64,000 nt of DNA, taken from IMG/VR virus record IMGVR_UViG_3300047320_000285, positions 186,001 to 250,000 of that record; one strand, given 5' to 3'. Position 1 is the stretch's first letter, and each line of letters opens with the position of its first letter. Shown here one piece after another: positions 46,839 through 56,879 of the stretch. Made by a program: the position numbers and the translations under genes. The notes beneath the pieces are model-generated. The model saw only the letters and a list, made by a program, of their open reading frames with translations. It was not told where the DNA came from and made no database searches.

Positions 46839-46910
46839 TCTCTTAGTGCGGGACATGGAAATCGCACACTACACGTGTATTGTGAAACTATTTCAGAACA
46901 AGGAATGATC

Positions 46911-48851
46911 ATGGCAGTCGAACACGACAACAATGGCGGCAACGGCAAGCAAGAAACGGCGATTGGCGCCGCTATGAGTGAGTCGATGGCCCGTCAGGAA
47001 CAACAACGTAATACCAACAGTAATCAAGGAGCCCGCATGAACCAGCCCGAATCGAATCGCCAGCGTTTCTCTTTCCGCACGCCTGGCCGTATCCTGAACA
47101 CCCACATCGCGCGCTCGCCGATGTCGGAAGTGCTCGTCAAGCTCGAGACCAAGTTCAAGGAATTCTATCAACCGTACCTCGGCGATCTGGCCATCAAGCT
47201 GATCTCGCTGGACGTGAACACGGTCACCGAAATCACGCAGTCGGTGCTGATCGTCGCTGCGCGCCGCAAGGCCGACGAAGGCGATGCCGTCGCGTACCAC
47301 ACGCTGATCCTCGACGGCACGGGCGGCGAGCTGCAGAACCGTTTCGACAACTGGCAAGGCGTGCAGTACGAAATCAAGCGTCTGCCGTCGGACGTGTGGG
47401 ATCGCAAGCTGCGCGACTTCGTGCGTCAGGAAGTCGGTCGTCAAACCGGCAGCGACAACCTGATCGAAATGGATTCGTGCGTGATTCCGCGCGACTTCCC
47501 GTTCGACGACGCTGAAGCCAGCAAGGCCCTGCAGCAAATGGTCGCCGCCAACGCGCTGATCGCGGACAACACGCAGCTCGAAGCCGACGACAAGGACTTC
47601 CCGGACCTGAACCTCGCTGACGCGCAGAACGACTCGCTGCTGTCGACGCGCGTGCTGTTCAACGACGCGCCGACGACCAACATCGTCAACAAGCCGGTGC
47701 GGGCGGACATCAACATCCGCATGACGGCCGCCGGCACGCAGCAATCGCAGAATCCGGACCGTGTCACGGACGTCGCTGGTATCTCGGCGTTCCTCGACGT
47801 GATCCTGTTGCGCGATCCGGCTGCAATCTTCAACCCGGGCTTCGGTCAGCAGTACGCCGCGTTCGGTCAGCAGCAGCAACAACGCCCGCCGCTGTACGGC
47901 GCGCACATGGTCATCACGAGCATGGAAACGGCGCAGCTGCAAACCACGGCCGCGCAGGAACTGGCCCTCGTGCAAGCGATGATGCTGCGTCAGGACAACC
48001 TGTGGACGGGTGGCTTCATGCCGCGCCCGTACGACAAGGACGTCGATCTGCGTGACATCGGCGCGTTGGGCTACGAAGCCAAGCTCGAAGTCGACGAACA
48101 AGGCAACGGCAAGCGCATCGACACCAAGTCGGATCGCTTCCGTCCGGAACTGTTCGGCGGCCTGATGACGTTGCTGTTCGAACCGGGTCTGGCCGTGTCG
48201 CTGGACGTCTCGGATGCAGGTCCCGATACGTGGTACAACGGCGTGTTTGCCCAAGCCGCATGGGGTAGCCAGAACGCTAACGCGGAAATCATCCGCTCGG
48301 CGATGACGCTGTCCAACGGTCTGTTCGCGGACATCTACAAGCAGATGGGTGGTACGGGCCGCGTGGTCGACGCCAAGGAAAACAAGATCCACCTCGGCAC
48401 GATGCGCGCACCGGACGGTTCGGTGGTCGACATCCGTTGCGGCGATTCGTACCTCGCCGTGGCGAACATGATTGGCGACAAGGATCTGTCGGTGCTGCAA
48501 ACGTACTCGGACACGCACCTCGCGACGAACATCCCGCTGCCGGTGCGTCTGGCCGAGCGTGCGCGGATCCTGACGAAGCTGTTCAACCCGTCGTTCGAAG
48601 GTTACGCGACGCGTTGCACGTTCGAAGCGAAGTTCCTCGACGCGCTGGCAGAAGCTTGCCACCAAGCGGGTCTGTCGCTGCGTCCGCAAATGCCGAACAC
48701 CGGCTACGCGACGCGCGAGCGTGCAACGGCGCAGTTCGCCGGCGCCATGCTCATGGGCGGCAACAACGCATCGGGCCTCTTCACGAGCGGCTTCGGTCAG
48801 CAACAACAGTCGTTCGGCGGCAATCGCTCGTACGGTCGTTGGGGCGCGTAA
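46911..48851 (+). CDS. chmA: Chimallin, phage nuclear shell protein
   Basis: About 646 aa; PVRADI, DIGALG..RIDTK and RCTFEAKFLDAL..AGL segments match recalled chimallin sequences; directly upstream of nvRNAP beta-prime; extreme codon bias. Confidence 0.9.
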   Translation: MAVEHDNNGGNGKQETAIGAAMSESMARQEQQRNTNSNQGARMNQPESNRQRFSFRTPGRILNTHIARSPMSEVLVKLETKFKEFYQPYLGDLAIKLISLDVNTVTEITQSVLIVAARRKADEGDAVAYHTLILDGTGGELQNRFDNWQGVQYEIKRLPSDVWDRKLRDFVRQEVGRQTGSDNLIEMDSCVIPRDFPFDDAEASKALQQMVAANALIADNTQLEADDKDFPDLNLADAQNDSLLSTRVLFNDAPTTNIVNKPVRADINIRMTAAGTQQSQNPDRVTDVAGISAFLDVILLRDPAAIFNPGFGQQYAAFGQQQQQRPPLYGAHMVITSMETAQLQTTAAQELALVQAMMLRQDNLWTGGFMPRPYDKDVDLRDIGALGYEAKLEVDEQGNGKRIDTKSDRFRPELFGGLMTLLFEPGLAVSLDVSDAGPDTWYNGVFAQAAWGSQNANAEIIRSAMTLSNGLFADIYKQMGGTGRVVDAKENKIHLGTMRAPDGSVVDIRCGDSYLAVANMIGDKDLSVLQTYSDTHLATNIPLPVRLAERARILTKLFNPSFEGYATRCTFEAKFLDALAEACHQAGLSLRPQMPNTGYATRERATAQFAGAMLMGGNNASGLFTSGFGQQQQSFGGNRSYGRWGA

Positions 48852-48893
48852 GTTCCATCGGCAGGGCTAGGGTCACCTAGTCCAAGGACGATG

Positions 48894-48932
48894 GAGGGAG
48901 AGACTTCGGTCTCTCCCTCTTTCTTTTTTTCC
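48894..48932 (+). terminator. Intrinsic terminator after chmA
   Basis: GAGGGAGAGAC-TTCG-GTCTCTCCCTC followed by a T-rich tail. Confidence 0.8.
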
Positions 48933-48954
48933 TTTCGCTGATGGAGAATCGAAG

Positions 48955-50439
48955 ATGGGGATCCGTCTCGAACCCGAAAACTTCGACCTGATGTATCGCA
49001 GTCTGTCGAAGCCACCCAAGATAGTCAACGATATCGTGGAGGCGTCGGAAAAGGATAAGTCGGCTTTAAACCGGTTGATCTATACCACGTATTCCGGTGA
49101 CCTGTTGTCGAATCTACCCAGTTGCGAGTGTGGTCATCTCGTCGGTGGGTACAACACGGGTGTATCCTGTCCGAAGTGCGGCTCGGAAGTTCAGCTGCAT
49201 GTCGAGCGGGAGATTGAACCGATCGCGTGGATTCGTGCGCCACATGGCGTGGCCGCATTGATTAACCCGATTATCTGGATGATGCTGCGTAAGCGTTTCA
49301 CGCGCAGTGGTTTTGAAGTGATTCGCTGGTTGTGTGACACGGACTATTCGCCCAAGATCAACATTCCGCCGGCGATGAAGGAAGTGGAAGCACTCGGACT
49401 GGAACGCGGCCTGAATAACTTCGTCACGCATTTTGACGAGTACATCACCAAGCTGATGAGCTTGCGTTCGTTTCGGGTGCGCAGCGCGATTGGCGATCCA
49501 CTGGAGTTGCTGATCCAGCAGTATCGGGATCGGATCTTCAGTCAGTGGATTCCAGCGCCGAACCGCACATTGCTGGTGGTGGAAGAATCGAATCTCGGGA
49601 AGTTTGTCGACCCGGTAATTCCGATTGCGGTCAACGCGATCCGCATCATGGCAGGCATCGACGCAAGTCTGAAGCCGTTGTCCGTGCGGACCAAGGAAAA
49701 CCGAACCGTCAAAGCGATTGTGTTGCTGGCGGACTTCTACGAGAAGTACTACAAGGAGGTGATGGCGAAGAAGGAGGGCGTGTTCCGCAAGCATGCTTTC
49801 GGTACGCGTAACCACTGGTCGTTCCGTGCGGTGATCTCGTCGATTACCCGTGCGCATAGCCCGAAGGAATTGCATATTCCGTGGGGCATTGGTGTCTCGG
49901 TGTTCAAGGTGCACCTGACCAGTAAGCTCAAACGTCGTGGTTATGGTCCGAACGCCGCTGAGGCGCTGCTCGCCACGTACGCTCAGAGCTATTCACCACT
50001 GCTCGATGAACTCTTCCAAGAGCTGATCAGCGAGTGTCCGTACATGGGTATCCCGTGTACCATCGTGCGACATCCGTCACTCGGCCGGGGTTCAATCCAG
50101 CAGCTCTTCATCACCCGGGTGAAGGGCATGTTTAACGAGCCGTGGGAAGTCGAAGTGCCGACCATTGGGCTGCCGATTACCATCGTGCGCTCGATGAATG
50201 CCGACTTTGATGGTGATCAGATTTCGGTGATCCTCACGTTGGACGTCGACACGACGGAAAAGCTGTCCCTGTTGCAACCGCACTACAATACGTACAGCAT
50301 GGCGGCTCCTCGCAAGATCAGCGGCAATCCGGCGATTCCCAAACCGGTTGTGGCGACCATTGCGAATGCGCTTCACGCCCACCATCCGGTGGATCCCGAG
50401 AAGCTTGCACGTATGAAGGCGGCTTTTAATCTGCAGTAA
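48955..50439 (+). CDS. Non-virion RNA polymerase beta-prime, N-terminal/catalytic subunit (phiKZ gp55-like)
   Basis: Zn-binding CECG...CPKC and catalytic NADFDGD. Confidence 0.92.
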   Translation: MGIRLEPENFDLMYRSLSKPPKIVNDIVEASEKDKSALNRLIYTTYSGDLLSNLPSCECGHLVGGYNTGVSCPKCGSEVQLHVEREIEPIAWIRAPHGVAALINPIIWMMLRKRFTRSGFEVIRWLCDTDYSPKINIPPAMKEVEALGLERGLNNFVTHFDEYITKLMSLRSFRVRSAIGDPLELLIQQYRDRIFSQWIPAPNRTLLVVEESNLGKFVDPVIPIAVNAIRIMAGIDASLKPLSVRTKENRTVKAIVLLADFYEKYYKEVMAKKEGVFRKHAFGTRNHWSFRAVISSITRAHSPKELHIPWGIGVSVFKVHLTSKLKRRGYGPNAAEALLATYAQSYSPLLDELFQELISECPYMGIPCTIVRHPSLGRGSIQQLFITRVKGMFNEPWEVEVPTIGLPITIVRSMNADFDGDQISVILTLDVDTTEKLSLLQPHYNTYSMAAPRKISGNPAIPKPVVATIANALHAHHPVDPEKLARMKAAFNLQ

Positions 50440-50457
50440 CTAAACAAGGAGGGCGAG

Positions 50458-51093
50458 ATGGTCCAAGTGGTAAGTGGTGGCGTTGCGGAGTTCAACGCGC
50501 TCGCTTATCAGGAACGTCATCCGACCACCATCAACTTCTTACAGTCGCAGTTCGACACCGCACGCACAGCCTTTACCGAGGCTGGGCAGCGTTTCATGTC
50601 GGGGGCGAAAGAACTGTTTGAACGTTTCAATGGTGATGAGGCGTTGCGAAGAGCGCGCGCTTTGGCGCGAACGGTGAAAAATGCGTTCCAGCGCAATGAG
50701 ATACGAAGTATCTTCGACTTGGCAGGGGTGCAAGCCGCTAATCAAGTCATGCAGCGCTGGATCATGGCGAATCCCAATATTCGTCAACCGTACTTCGATC
50801 AACGCGTGGACGGCTATTCTGATACGTATGTTGACATGCGTCCCGGCTGTATCGGTGACGATCATTACGATTACCAGCTCGTGATGAACGGCATGGTGCA
50901 GGAAGTTCCGGCGACGGAGGACGACGACGAAGATGGCTGGAAGGCCTCGTTCTATTTCACGGACATCGAAGAGGGTGATCGTGAGCTGGATGTGAGCGAG
51001 CAAGTCGATATTATCTCGACATGGCAGTATGTCGACGCGATCATGAAGATCGGCGAAGACGATCCGACCAATCAACGGGGCGGTAAGTTGTAA
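50458..51093 (+). CDS. Conserved hypothetical protein (phiKZ gp59 position)
   Basis: AAGGAGG SD; 211 aa; gene order. Confidence 0.65.
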   Translation: MVQVVSGGVAEFNALAYQERHPTTINFLQSQFDTARTAFTEAGQRFMSGAKELFERFNGDEALRRARALARTVKNAFQRNEIRSIFDLAGVQAANQVMQRWIMANPNIRQPYFDQRVDGYSDTYVDMRPGCIGDDHYDYQLVMNGMVQEVPATEDDDEDGWKASFYFTDIEEGDRELDVSEQVDIISTWQYVDAIMKIGEDDPTNQRGGKL

Positions 51094-51199
51094 CAAGGAG
51101 AGGCGCTGATCGGGTCCTTCGGGGCTCGGTCAGGTCTTTATGCTCTTTTTTCTTTGTTGCCGGATCATATGTCCAGTCCGCTAACCGAGGAATCCTATC

Positions 51200-51622
51200 A
51201 TGGCTAATGCCCCTGCGCCCACCATGAGTGACCGGGGTTGGGTTACCAATCCGGGCGAGAAAGCCGACTTTTTGCTGTCATGGTTCTATGAATCTGACGC
51301 CGCCCAGACTTACATCTACAAGGGCAAGGTGCTGAACATCCAGAACCTGCTCGAACGTTACGGCAGCGACATCAGTGCGATTGTCACCGAAATGCAACAA
51401 GGCTTGGAAGCCTACTTCCAGTCCTATTACGATGCCGCGATCGTGCAGGTTACCGCCAACGATGATCCGAGTATCAATCCGTCCAATGCGATTACCTTGA
51501 CGGTGGCCGCGCAGGTCAAACAAAACGGCGAGACCTATTCCGTGTCGGGTTTGGTCCAGCAGGTGAATTCACGCTTTGTGCGGGTGACCAATTACGTGAA
51601 TACGGGTGTGCTCGCTAATTAA
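51200..51622 (+). CDS. Conserved small protein, possibly tail-sheath-initiator-like
   Basis: 140 aa, GAGGA SD, TATG upstream. The functional guess rests on size and pattern only. Confidence 0.45.
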   Translation: MANAPAPTMSDRGWVTNPGEKADFLLSWFYESDAAQTYIYKGKVLNIQNLLERYGSDISAIVTEMQQGLEAYFQSYYDAAIVQVTANDDPSINPSNAITLTVAAQVKQNGETYSVSGLVQQVNSRFVRVTNYVNTGVLAN

Positions 51623-51633
51623 GGAACTGATCA

Positions 51634-52302
51634 ATGTCTAATACTCCGGTACCCAACTTTGCCCGCCAATGGCTTTCGCAAGGGGTGGAATTCGATGAAA
51701 ACAAGAAGTCGGGGGACTTTATCCGGGAGATTGCCGATCAGCTGCAGCCGGCGCTCGACGATCTCACGGCCCGACTGGAAGAAGTCAAGTTCCAGTACGT
51801 GTTCCTGCCGTGGTTCGCAGGCGACGAGGACTTGCGCTATTTCAAGACCGATCGCCAAGGCAAGGCTCACGACAAAGCGGTCGCCATGTGGATCGGCATT
51901 GCGGGCTCGGCGTTTAATTCGGTGGAGATTACCGATAACAAAACCGGTGAAATTTTGTTCATCGTGCCCCCATTGTGTGACCGAGAGGCGGTGATTCCGG
52001 CCGCCAAGGACGCCAAGACCGGGTCGATTTACAACATGGTCCTGACCATGCAGCAACTGCGCAACGTCAGTTCGGTGCATGCCCGGCATTTCTTCGAACA
52101 CGAAGTCAGCAAGCGAGCGATGGGCATGTTCAAACCCGACCATCTGCTGAAGTTTGTGCGCACTTGGAACGACATCTTTGCACGTTATGGGCGCCCTCCT
52201 CTGCTGGAGTTGCCCGGCGATACGACGGCTCACACTGCGGAAGGAATGAATAATGGAGCAAACGCTGTCTCCCAGTCCGACGACGATTGGGAGCTACTCT
52301 GA
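51634..52302 (+). CDS. Conserved hypothetical protein (222 aa)
   Basis: AAGGA SD; operon context. Confidence 0.7.
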   Translation: MSNTPVPNFARQWLSQGVEFDENKKSGDFIREIADQLQPALDDLTARLEEVKFQYVFLPWFAGDEDLRYFKTDRQGKAHDKAVAMWIGIAGSAFNSVEITDNKTGEILFIVPPLCDREAVIPAAKDAKTGSIYNMVLTMQQLRNVSSVHARHFFEHEVSKRAMGMFKPDHLLKFVRTWNDIFARYGRPPLLELPGDTTAHTAEGMNNGANAVSQSDDDWELL

Positions 52303-52315
52303 TGTAGAGGGGGCG

Positions 52316-53458
52316 ATGATCGCAGCAGGGATCATCAAGCCCCCATTGAAGTTGGCCACCCTCTCCGACATCCACCTCGGACACCGCCGCACTCGCACGC
52401 CTGAGATCACCGCGAATCTCAGGCGTGCGGTGCCGCATAGTCCTGAGACTGAAAAACTCGACATAATCTTCCTGGCCGGTGACGTTTTCGATACTCTGCT
52501 GAATTTGCCCCATGAAGACATTATCGAGATTGATCGTTGGATTGTGTACCTCCTCAGACTGTGTAAGAAGTACGGCATTAAGCTGCGGGTGCTCGAAGGC
52601 ACGCCTTCGCATGACTGGGAGCAAAGCCAACGCTTTGTGGACCTGAATGAACTGTACGCGATCGACTGTGACCTGAAGTATGTCAAGGGCATGGACATCG
52701 AGTACATGCCCGAGTTCGATCGACATATCCTCTACATTCAGGATCAGTACGCTGCCACGACCGAGAAGACGCTGGCGGATGTGCATGCGCTGATGGCGGC
52801 CCGTGGGATTGCCTACGTCGATATTGCCATCATGCACGGGCAGTTCGATCGTCAAGTCCCGGAGATGGCCACCTGTCCTAAGCACAGCGCCGAGGAGTAC
52901 CTGAAGATTGTGCGGGAGTTGATCTGTATTGGCCACGACCATCACTACTGGAGCTACGACAAGATCGTGGCCCAAGGCTCATTTGACCGGCTCTCGCACA
53001 ACGAGGAAGAGCCCAAAGGGCATATACGTGCCACCCTACGCGGGGATGGCACACGTGAAGTGCAGTTTGTGGAAAACAAGGACGCCAAGAAGTTTATCTC
53101 GATCGACTGTCAAGGCACCGATACCGATCAGGCGTTGAACAAGATCGATCAGGCCGTGATTGGTTTGCCGGATGATTCGTACGTGCGACCGATTCTGTCA
53201 CAGGGTCATCCGCTGATTACCCAGCACGGTGTGCTGTTGCGGCGCTGGCCGCAGTTTCAGTGGAGTAAGCCGAAGATCATCTCGACGGATAAGAAGCAGG
53301 CAGGCGAAGAAGACGCGAAGCTGGAGGCGCCGGCGTTTCAGGCGATTACCTTGACCCGGGACAATCTCCCGAAACTGTTGTTGGAACGCATTGGCATGAG
53401 TGCTCCTGACGACAGAATCATGGAGCAAGCAGCCTTGATCTTAGAGGAGCTACTCTGA
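52316..53458 (+). CDS. SbcD/Mre11-like metallophosphoesterase nuclease
   Basis: SDIHLG, AGDVFD, EGTPSHD, MHG and GHDH motifs; likely start MIAAG after GAGGGG. Confidence 0.88.
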   Translation: MIAAGIIKPPLKLATLSDIHLGHRRTRTPEITANLRRAVPHSPETEKLDIIFLAGDVFDTLLNLPHEDIIEIDRWIVYLLRLCKKYGIKLRVLEGTPSHDWEQSQRFVDLNELYAIDCDLKYVKGMDIEYMPEFDRHILYIQDQYAATTEKTLADVHALMAARGIAYVDIAIMHGQFDRQVPEMATCPKHSAEEYLKIVRELICIGHDHHYWSYDKIVAQGSFDRLSHNEEEPKGHIRATLRGDGTREVQFVENKDAKKFISIDCQGTDTDQALNKIDQAVIGLPDDSYVRPILSQGHPLITQHGVLLRRWPQFQWSKPKIISTDKKQAGEEDAKLEAPAFQAITLTRDNLPKLLLERIGMSAPDDRIMEQAALILEELL

Positions 53459-54309
53459 TGGAGCATTTAATCTCGGTCCGGGAAATGGGCCAGTTTCCGC
53501 TGTCTATTCCCACCAGCCTCGCGCTCGAAGGGGCCATCGGTATCTATCCGGAAAAGGAAACCCACATCAACGTGCTGCCGGATTACGACGAGATGTGGAT
53601 TAACCTGCGCACGCTGTTCCGTAACCTGATGGGGTCGATGAAGTCGGAAGAAGCCGCCGCGGTGACCCCGACGCCGGTGGCGGAAGCCTTGATGAGCGAG
53701 ATCGAGCATCTGGAATCGATCGTCAAGGAACGCAGTGCCAACCGGATTCACCTCGTGTTCTACGTGAGTAATTACAAAGGACTCGAGCAGAAGTACCCCC
53801 GTGCGTACATTCGCAAGGACTCTACGCCCAAGCAGTTGATCCGCACGGAGATCCAGAAAAAGGCGATTCAGCATCTGCTGGATCTCCTGAAAGAGCAGGG
53901 TGGTCACGACGTGCGCGTGTTTGAACAGAAGCTGAAGACGGCCAAACCGACCAAGGCTTTGATCATCACGCACTACGCGTACGACCTGTTTGTCCATCCG
54001 CAGTTCGCGCAGCTCGAACTGCTCGAATCCCACACAGGAGCTATCAAACCCAAGAGTCAATGGTACACGAAGTTCGTGGACGGCAAGACGCTGCCGATGA
54101 TTCCGTTTCGCGAGGATCTGATCCAGATCTTCGGCGACGCGGAGACGTTCTCCCCTTGGCCGATCAAGCATCGTCGTCAGCTGATCGAGTTGGCTGAAAA
54201 GCACCACTGGACCCAGCTGACCACGAAGAGCCTCATCGACTATAATCTTAGCTTACTGCACAAGACCGATCCGTACCTCGCCGACGTTGTCAAGTCGATG
54301 CTGGTGTAA
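53458..54309 (+). CDS. Conserved hypothetical protein, possibly PIN/5'-nuclease-like
   Basis: GAGGAG SD; WINLRTLFRN and ITHYAYDL segments; fold call is tentative. Confidence 0.55.
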   Translation: MEHLISVREMGQFPLSIPTSLALEGAIGIYPEKETHINVLPDYDEMWINLRTLFRNLMGSMKSEEAAAVTPTPVAEALMSEIEHLESIVKERSANRIHLVFYVSNYKGLEQKYPRAYIRKDSTPKQLIRTEIQKKAIQHLLDLLKEQGGHDVRVFEQKLKTAKPTKALIITHYAYDLFVHPQFAQLELLESHTGAIKPKSQWYTKFVDGKTLPMIPFREDLIQIFGDAETFSPWPIKHRRQLIELAEKHHWTQLTTKSLIDYNLSLLHKTDPYLADVVKSMLV

Positions 54310-54372
54310 ATTTACGGGATAGGTCGATAATCTGACCACAGACACATTTCATTCGAATACAAGGATTTCATC

Positions 54373-55143
54373 ATGTCCGATAACAATTTCCAACGCACCC
54401 CCCGGGTGAAAAACGCACTGGACAACCAGAAGCTCAAGTTGCAGGCGAAGAACGAGCAGGGCAAAAACGCAAATCTGTCGTGGAACCTGTTCTCGAACAA
54501 CCCGCGTGTGACGGTCTGGACGGGGGTGGACGGGGACAAAGACAACGGCAAGATCACCGGCGCGTTCGACACGCTGGGTTTCTACCAGTTCCTCGAAGGT
54601 CTGCGCATGGCCATCGCGTTCCAGCCCACGGAAGGCGCGAAAGAGTTCCGCAACAAGGTCGAACTGATGCGCCCGAACTTCAAGCCGGGCGGTGGTCGTC
54701 CGGATGGCGTGATCAAGGCGTCGGAAGTGTGGTACGGCAAGGATGCCGACGGCGTGGTGTGGCTGTCGTTGTGCGCGTATCAGCGCCCGATGATCAAGTT
54801 TACGCTGCTGCCCAACGAATACCACGCGTTCCGTCATGCCACCGGCGAAGCCTTGTCGTCCGGCGAAGCATCCGTCAAGCTGGCGGCGCCGGCCTACATC
54901 CGCGCACTCGAACTGATCATGGCGCAGTTGCAAGTGGTCGAGTACAAGGAACCGCCCCCGCGTGATCAGCAAGGTGGCAATCGCGGTGGTCAGGGCGGCG
55001 GTAGCGGCTACGGCGGTGGTAACCGAGGCGGTGGTCAAGGTGGTGGCGGTAATTACGATCGCCGTAATGGCGGTGGCAGTGGCGGCGGTGGTGCAGCGCC
55101 GGGTGCTGGATTTGACGATCCGGATACCGATCTGCCGTTTTAA
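54373..55143 (+). CDS. chmC: ChmC-like single-stranded nucleic acid-binding protein with Gly/Asn/Arg-rich tail
   Basis: Immediately upstream of the gp68-like gene (ChmC position); globular domain, then GGNRGG repeats and an acidic DDPDTDLPF end. Confidence 0.6.
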   Translation: MSDNNFQRTPRVKNALDNQKLKLQAKNEQGKNANLSWNLFSNNPRVTVWTGVDGDKDNGKITGAFDTLGFYQFLEGLRMAIAFQPTEGAKEFRNKVELMRPNFKPGGGRPDGVIKASEVWYGKDADGVVWLSLCAYQRPMIKFTLLPNEYHAFRHATGEALSSGEASVKLAAPAYIRALELIMAQLQVVEYKEPPPRDQQGGNRGGQGGGSGYGGGNRGGGQGGGGNYDRRNGGGSGGGGAAPGAGFDDPDTDLPF

Positions 55144-55149
55144 ACTCTT

Positions 55150-55216
55150 GACGGCATAAACGTCAAAGCATAGCTCACTCGACAACCTAGGCGAAGAGCC
55201 CGGTTGTCGAGTGAGC
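55150..55216. terminator. Double hairpin downstream of the chmC-like gene
   Basis: TTGACG/CGTCAA around GCATAAA, then a 15-bp GCTCACTCGACAACC/GGTTGTCGAGTGAGC stem. Confidence 0.55.
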
Positions 55217-55252
55217 CACCACTTCGTAACCAAGATTCGAAAGAAACTCAGC

Positions 55253-55275
55253 CACATATTATTTCATTACAATAA
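55253..55275 (+). promoter_or_regulatory. Early-type promoter variant upstream of the gp68-like gene
   Basis: CACATATTAT resembles CACATATTAC at 12013-12022; a similar CACATATCAT at 60238-60247 precedes nvRNAP beta. Confidence 0.45.
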
Positions 55276-55342
55276 AGCGCAGGAGTTTTATACTACCTTA
55301 ACAATAACGTAATAATCGGATTGCTGATACAAGGAGAAACAC

Positions 55343-56878
55343 GTGGAACTTACCACAAAAATCATCCTCGGTAACAAACGTGCTGAGGTTATCTCGCTCA
55401 CCCATCAGGGTCAGGAGCTTCGCTGGCAGCCCATCGAGCGAACTTCGATTGAGGAAGGCCTCGATGTGTTCGAGCAGATCAATGGTTTTTGGGCCAGCCA
55501 ACCGATCGACTGGCAGAATCAGGTGTTTGAAGTCTATAGCTGGATCCACGAGATCATGAGCTTTGGCGGGGAAGTCGAAGACCTCATGCGCGAGTTGACC
55601 AAGCCGATTACGACTTTGCTCGACCTGCATGACCTCGGTCAGATCCGTCATTGGGTGGACTTCAAGAGCAGCATGGGGATTCCTTCGGGCATTCGCAGCG
55701 AGTATCAGGAGGAAGATAGCTCGCGCTGGAGTCGGGAGAAGACCTATACGCTCGCAGACTATCGCGAGTTCGTGGCGCTCTCGGTCGCACTGCGGCCGAT
55801 GTTGCCGGTGTGGGGTGAGTTTATCTTCCTCACCAAGCGCGAATTCAAGACCACGTGGAAGGAGTATTTCGCCTTCCAGTTAATCAGTCAAGCCCAACTC
55901 ATGGAGTCGCCCGCCATGATCCGGCTGAAGAACTATATCGGCGCGCAGTTGCCTGAAGATGAGGAACTGAATAACGCGGTGCTCACCGGTATCTCCACGC
56001 TGGATTATCCGGAGTGGATCACGGCGATTATCGTGGTGCGTCGCTTGGCGATTGCCGACATTCGCGGCCTGCCGGATAAGCCCAACGCGATCAGCTTTAT
56101 CTTCCTGTATCTGAATAGCCGCACCAAGAGCTATAATAACACGCTCATGGGTCAGGTGCAGAAAAAGCGCAATCCGGAGAACTACAGTCCGGACTCGGAG
56201 AGCAAGCTGTCCCAGCTCGAAGAGTACAAGATCAAACAGGAGCTGACGGCCGGTGAGTTGGAATCGATTGAGTTCGAGTTCAATGATCCGATTCGGGTAG
56301 CCCAAGCGTGTTGTCCGGATCTGGATCTGGCGTTGCTGAGTATTGCACAGGACACCGTGCTGCGACTCTCGGGCCAAGCCATCCACAAACCGCAGCTGGT
56401 GTTGATCGCGTATGTGCTGTCGCGCCATATCCCGGGCCGGGCGATCGAATTGCTGCAGAAGCACTCGGTCCTGCAAGCCATGGCGATTGCGCAAGCGATT
56501 CTGTGGCATCGGGGCTTTTTCGATCTGGCGGCGCTGGTCTCGGCCGACGAGCAACACAACCGCCTCGAGTATGCGCCCGGCTTTGCAGGCGCGGTGCCCA
56601 AGGTCTCCAAAGACCTGCACGAACAACTCGATCCGCTGTATCCGTACGGCCGGCGTCTGTCCAACAAGAACAAGACGCAGAAGGAACGCAACAATGCCAT
56701 CATCGCACTGGACGCGCTGGTGGAGCAGTTTAAGAAACATGACTGGGTCCTGACGCTGCCATCCCAGTGGTTGCCCAAGGTCACCGGCGGGGTCAATGAT
56801 CGCAAGTACATCATCCCAGTGGACTTGAAGATCACCCTGACACAATTGATTTTCCGTATCGCAACAAGGAGCCTGTAA
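55343..56878 (+). CDS. Non-virion RNAP promoter-specificity subunit (phiKZ gp68-like)
   Basis: 511 aa, AAGGAG SD with GTG start; position between the chmC-like and picA-like genes. Confidence 0.72.
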   Translation: MELTTKIILGNKRAEVISLTHQGQELRWQPIERTSIEEGLDVFEQINGFWASQPIDWQNQVFEVYSWIHEIMSFGGEVEDLMRELTKPITTLLDLHDLGQIRHWVDFKSSMGIPSGIRSEYQEEDSSRWSREKTYTLADYREFVALSVALRPMLPVWGEFIFLTKREFKTTWKEYFAFQLISQAQLMESPAMIRLKNYIGAQLPEDEELNNAVLTGISTLDYPEWITAIIVVRRLAIADIRGLPDKPNAISFIFLYLNSRTKSYNNTLMGQVQKKRNPENYSPDSESKLSQLEEYKIKQELTAGELESIEFEFNDPIRVAQACCPDLDLALLSIAQDTVLRLSGQAIHKPQLVLIAYVLSRHIPGRAIELLQKHSVLQAMAIAQAILWHRGFFDLAALVSADEQHNRLEYAPGFAGAVPKVSKDLHEQLDPLYPYGRRLSNKNKTQKERNNAIIALDALVEQFKKHDWVLTLPSQWLPKVTGGVNDRKYIIPVDLKITLTQLIFRIATRSL

Positions 56879-56879
56879 C

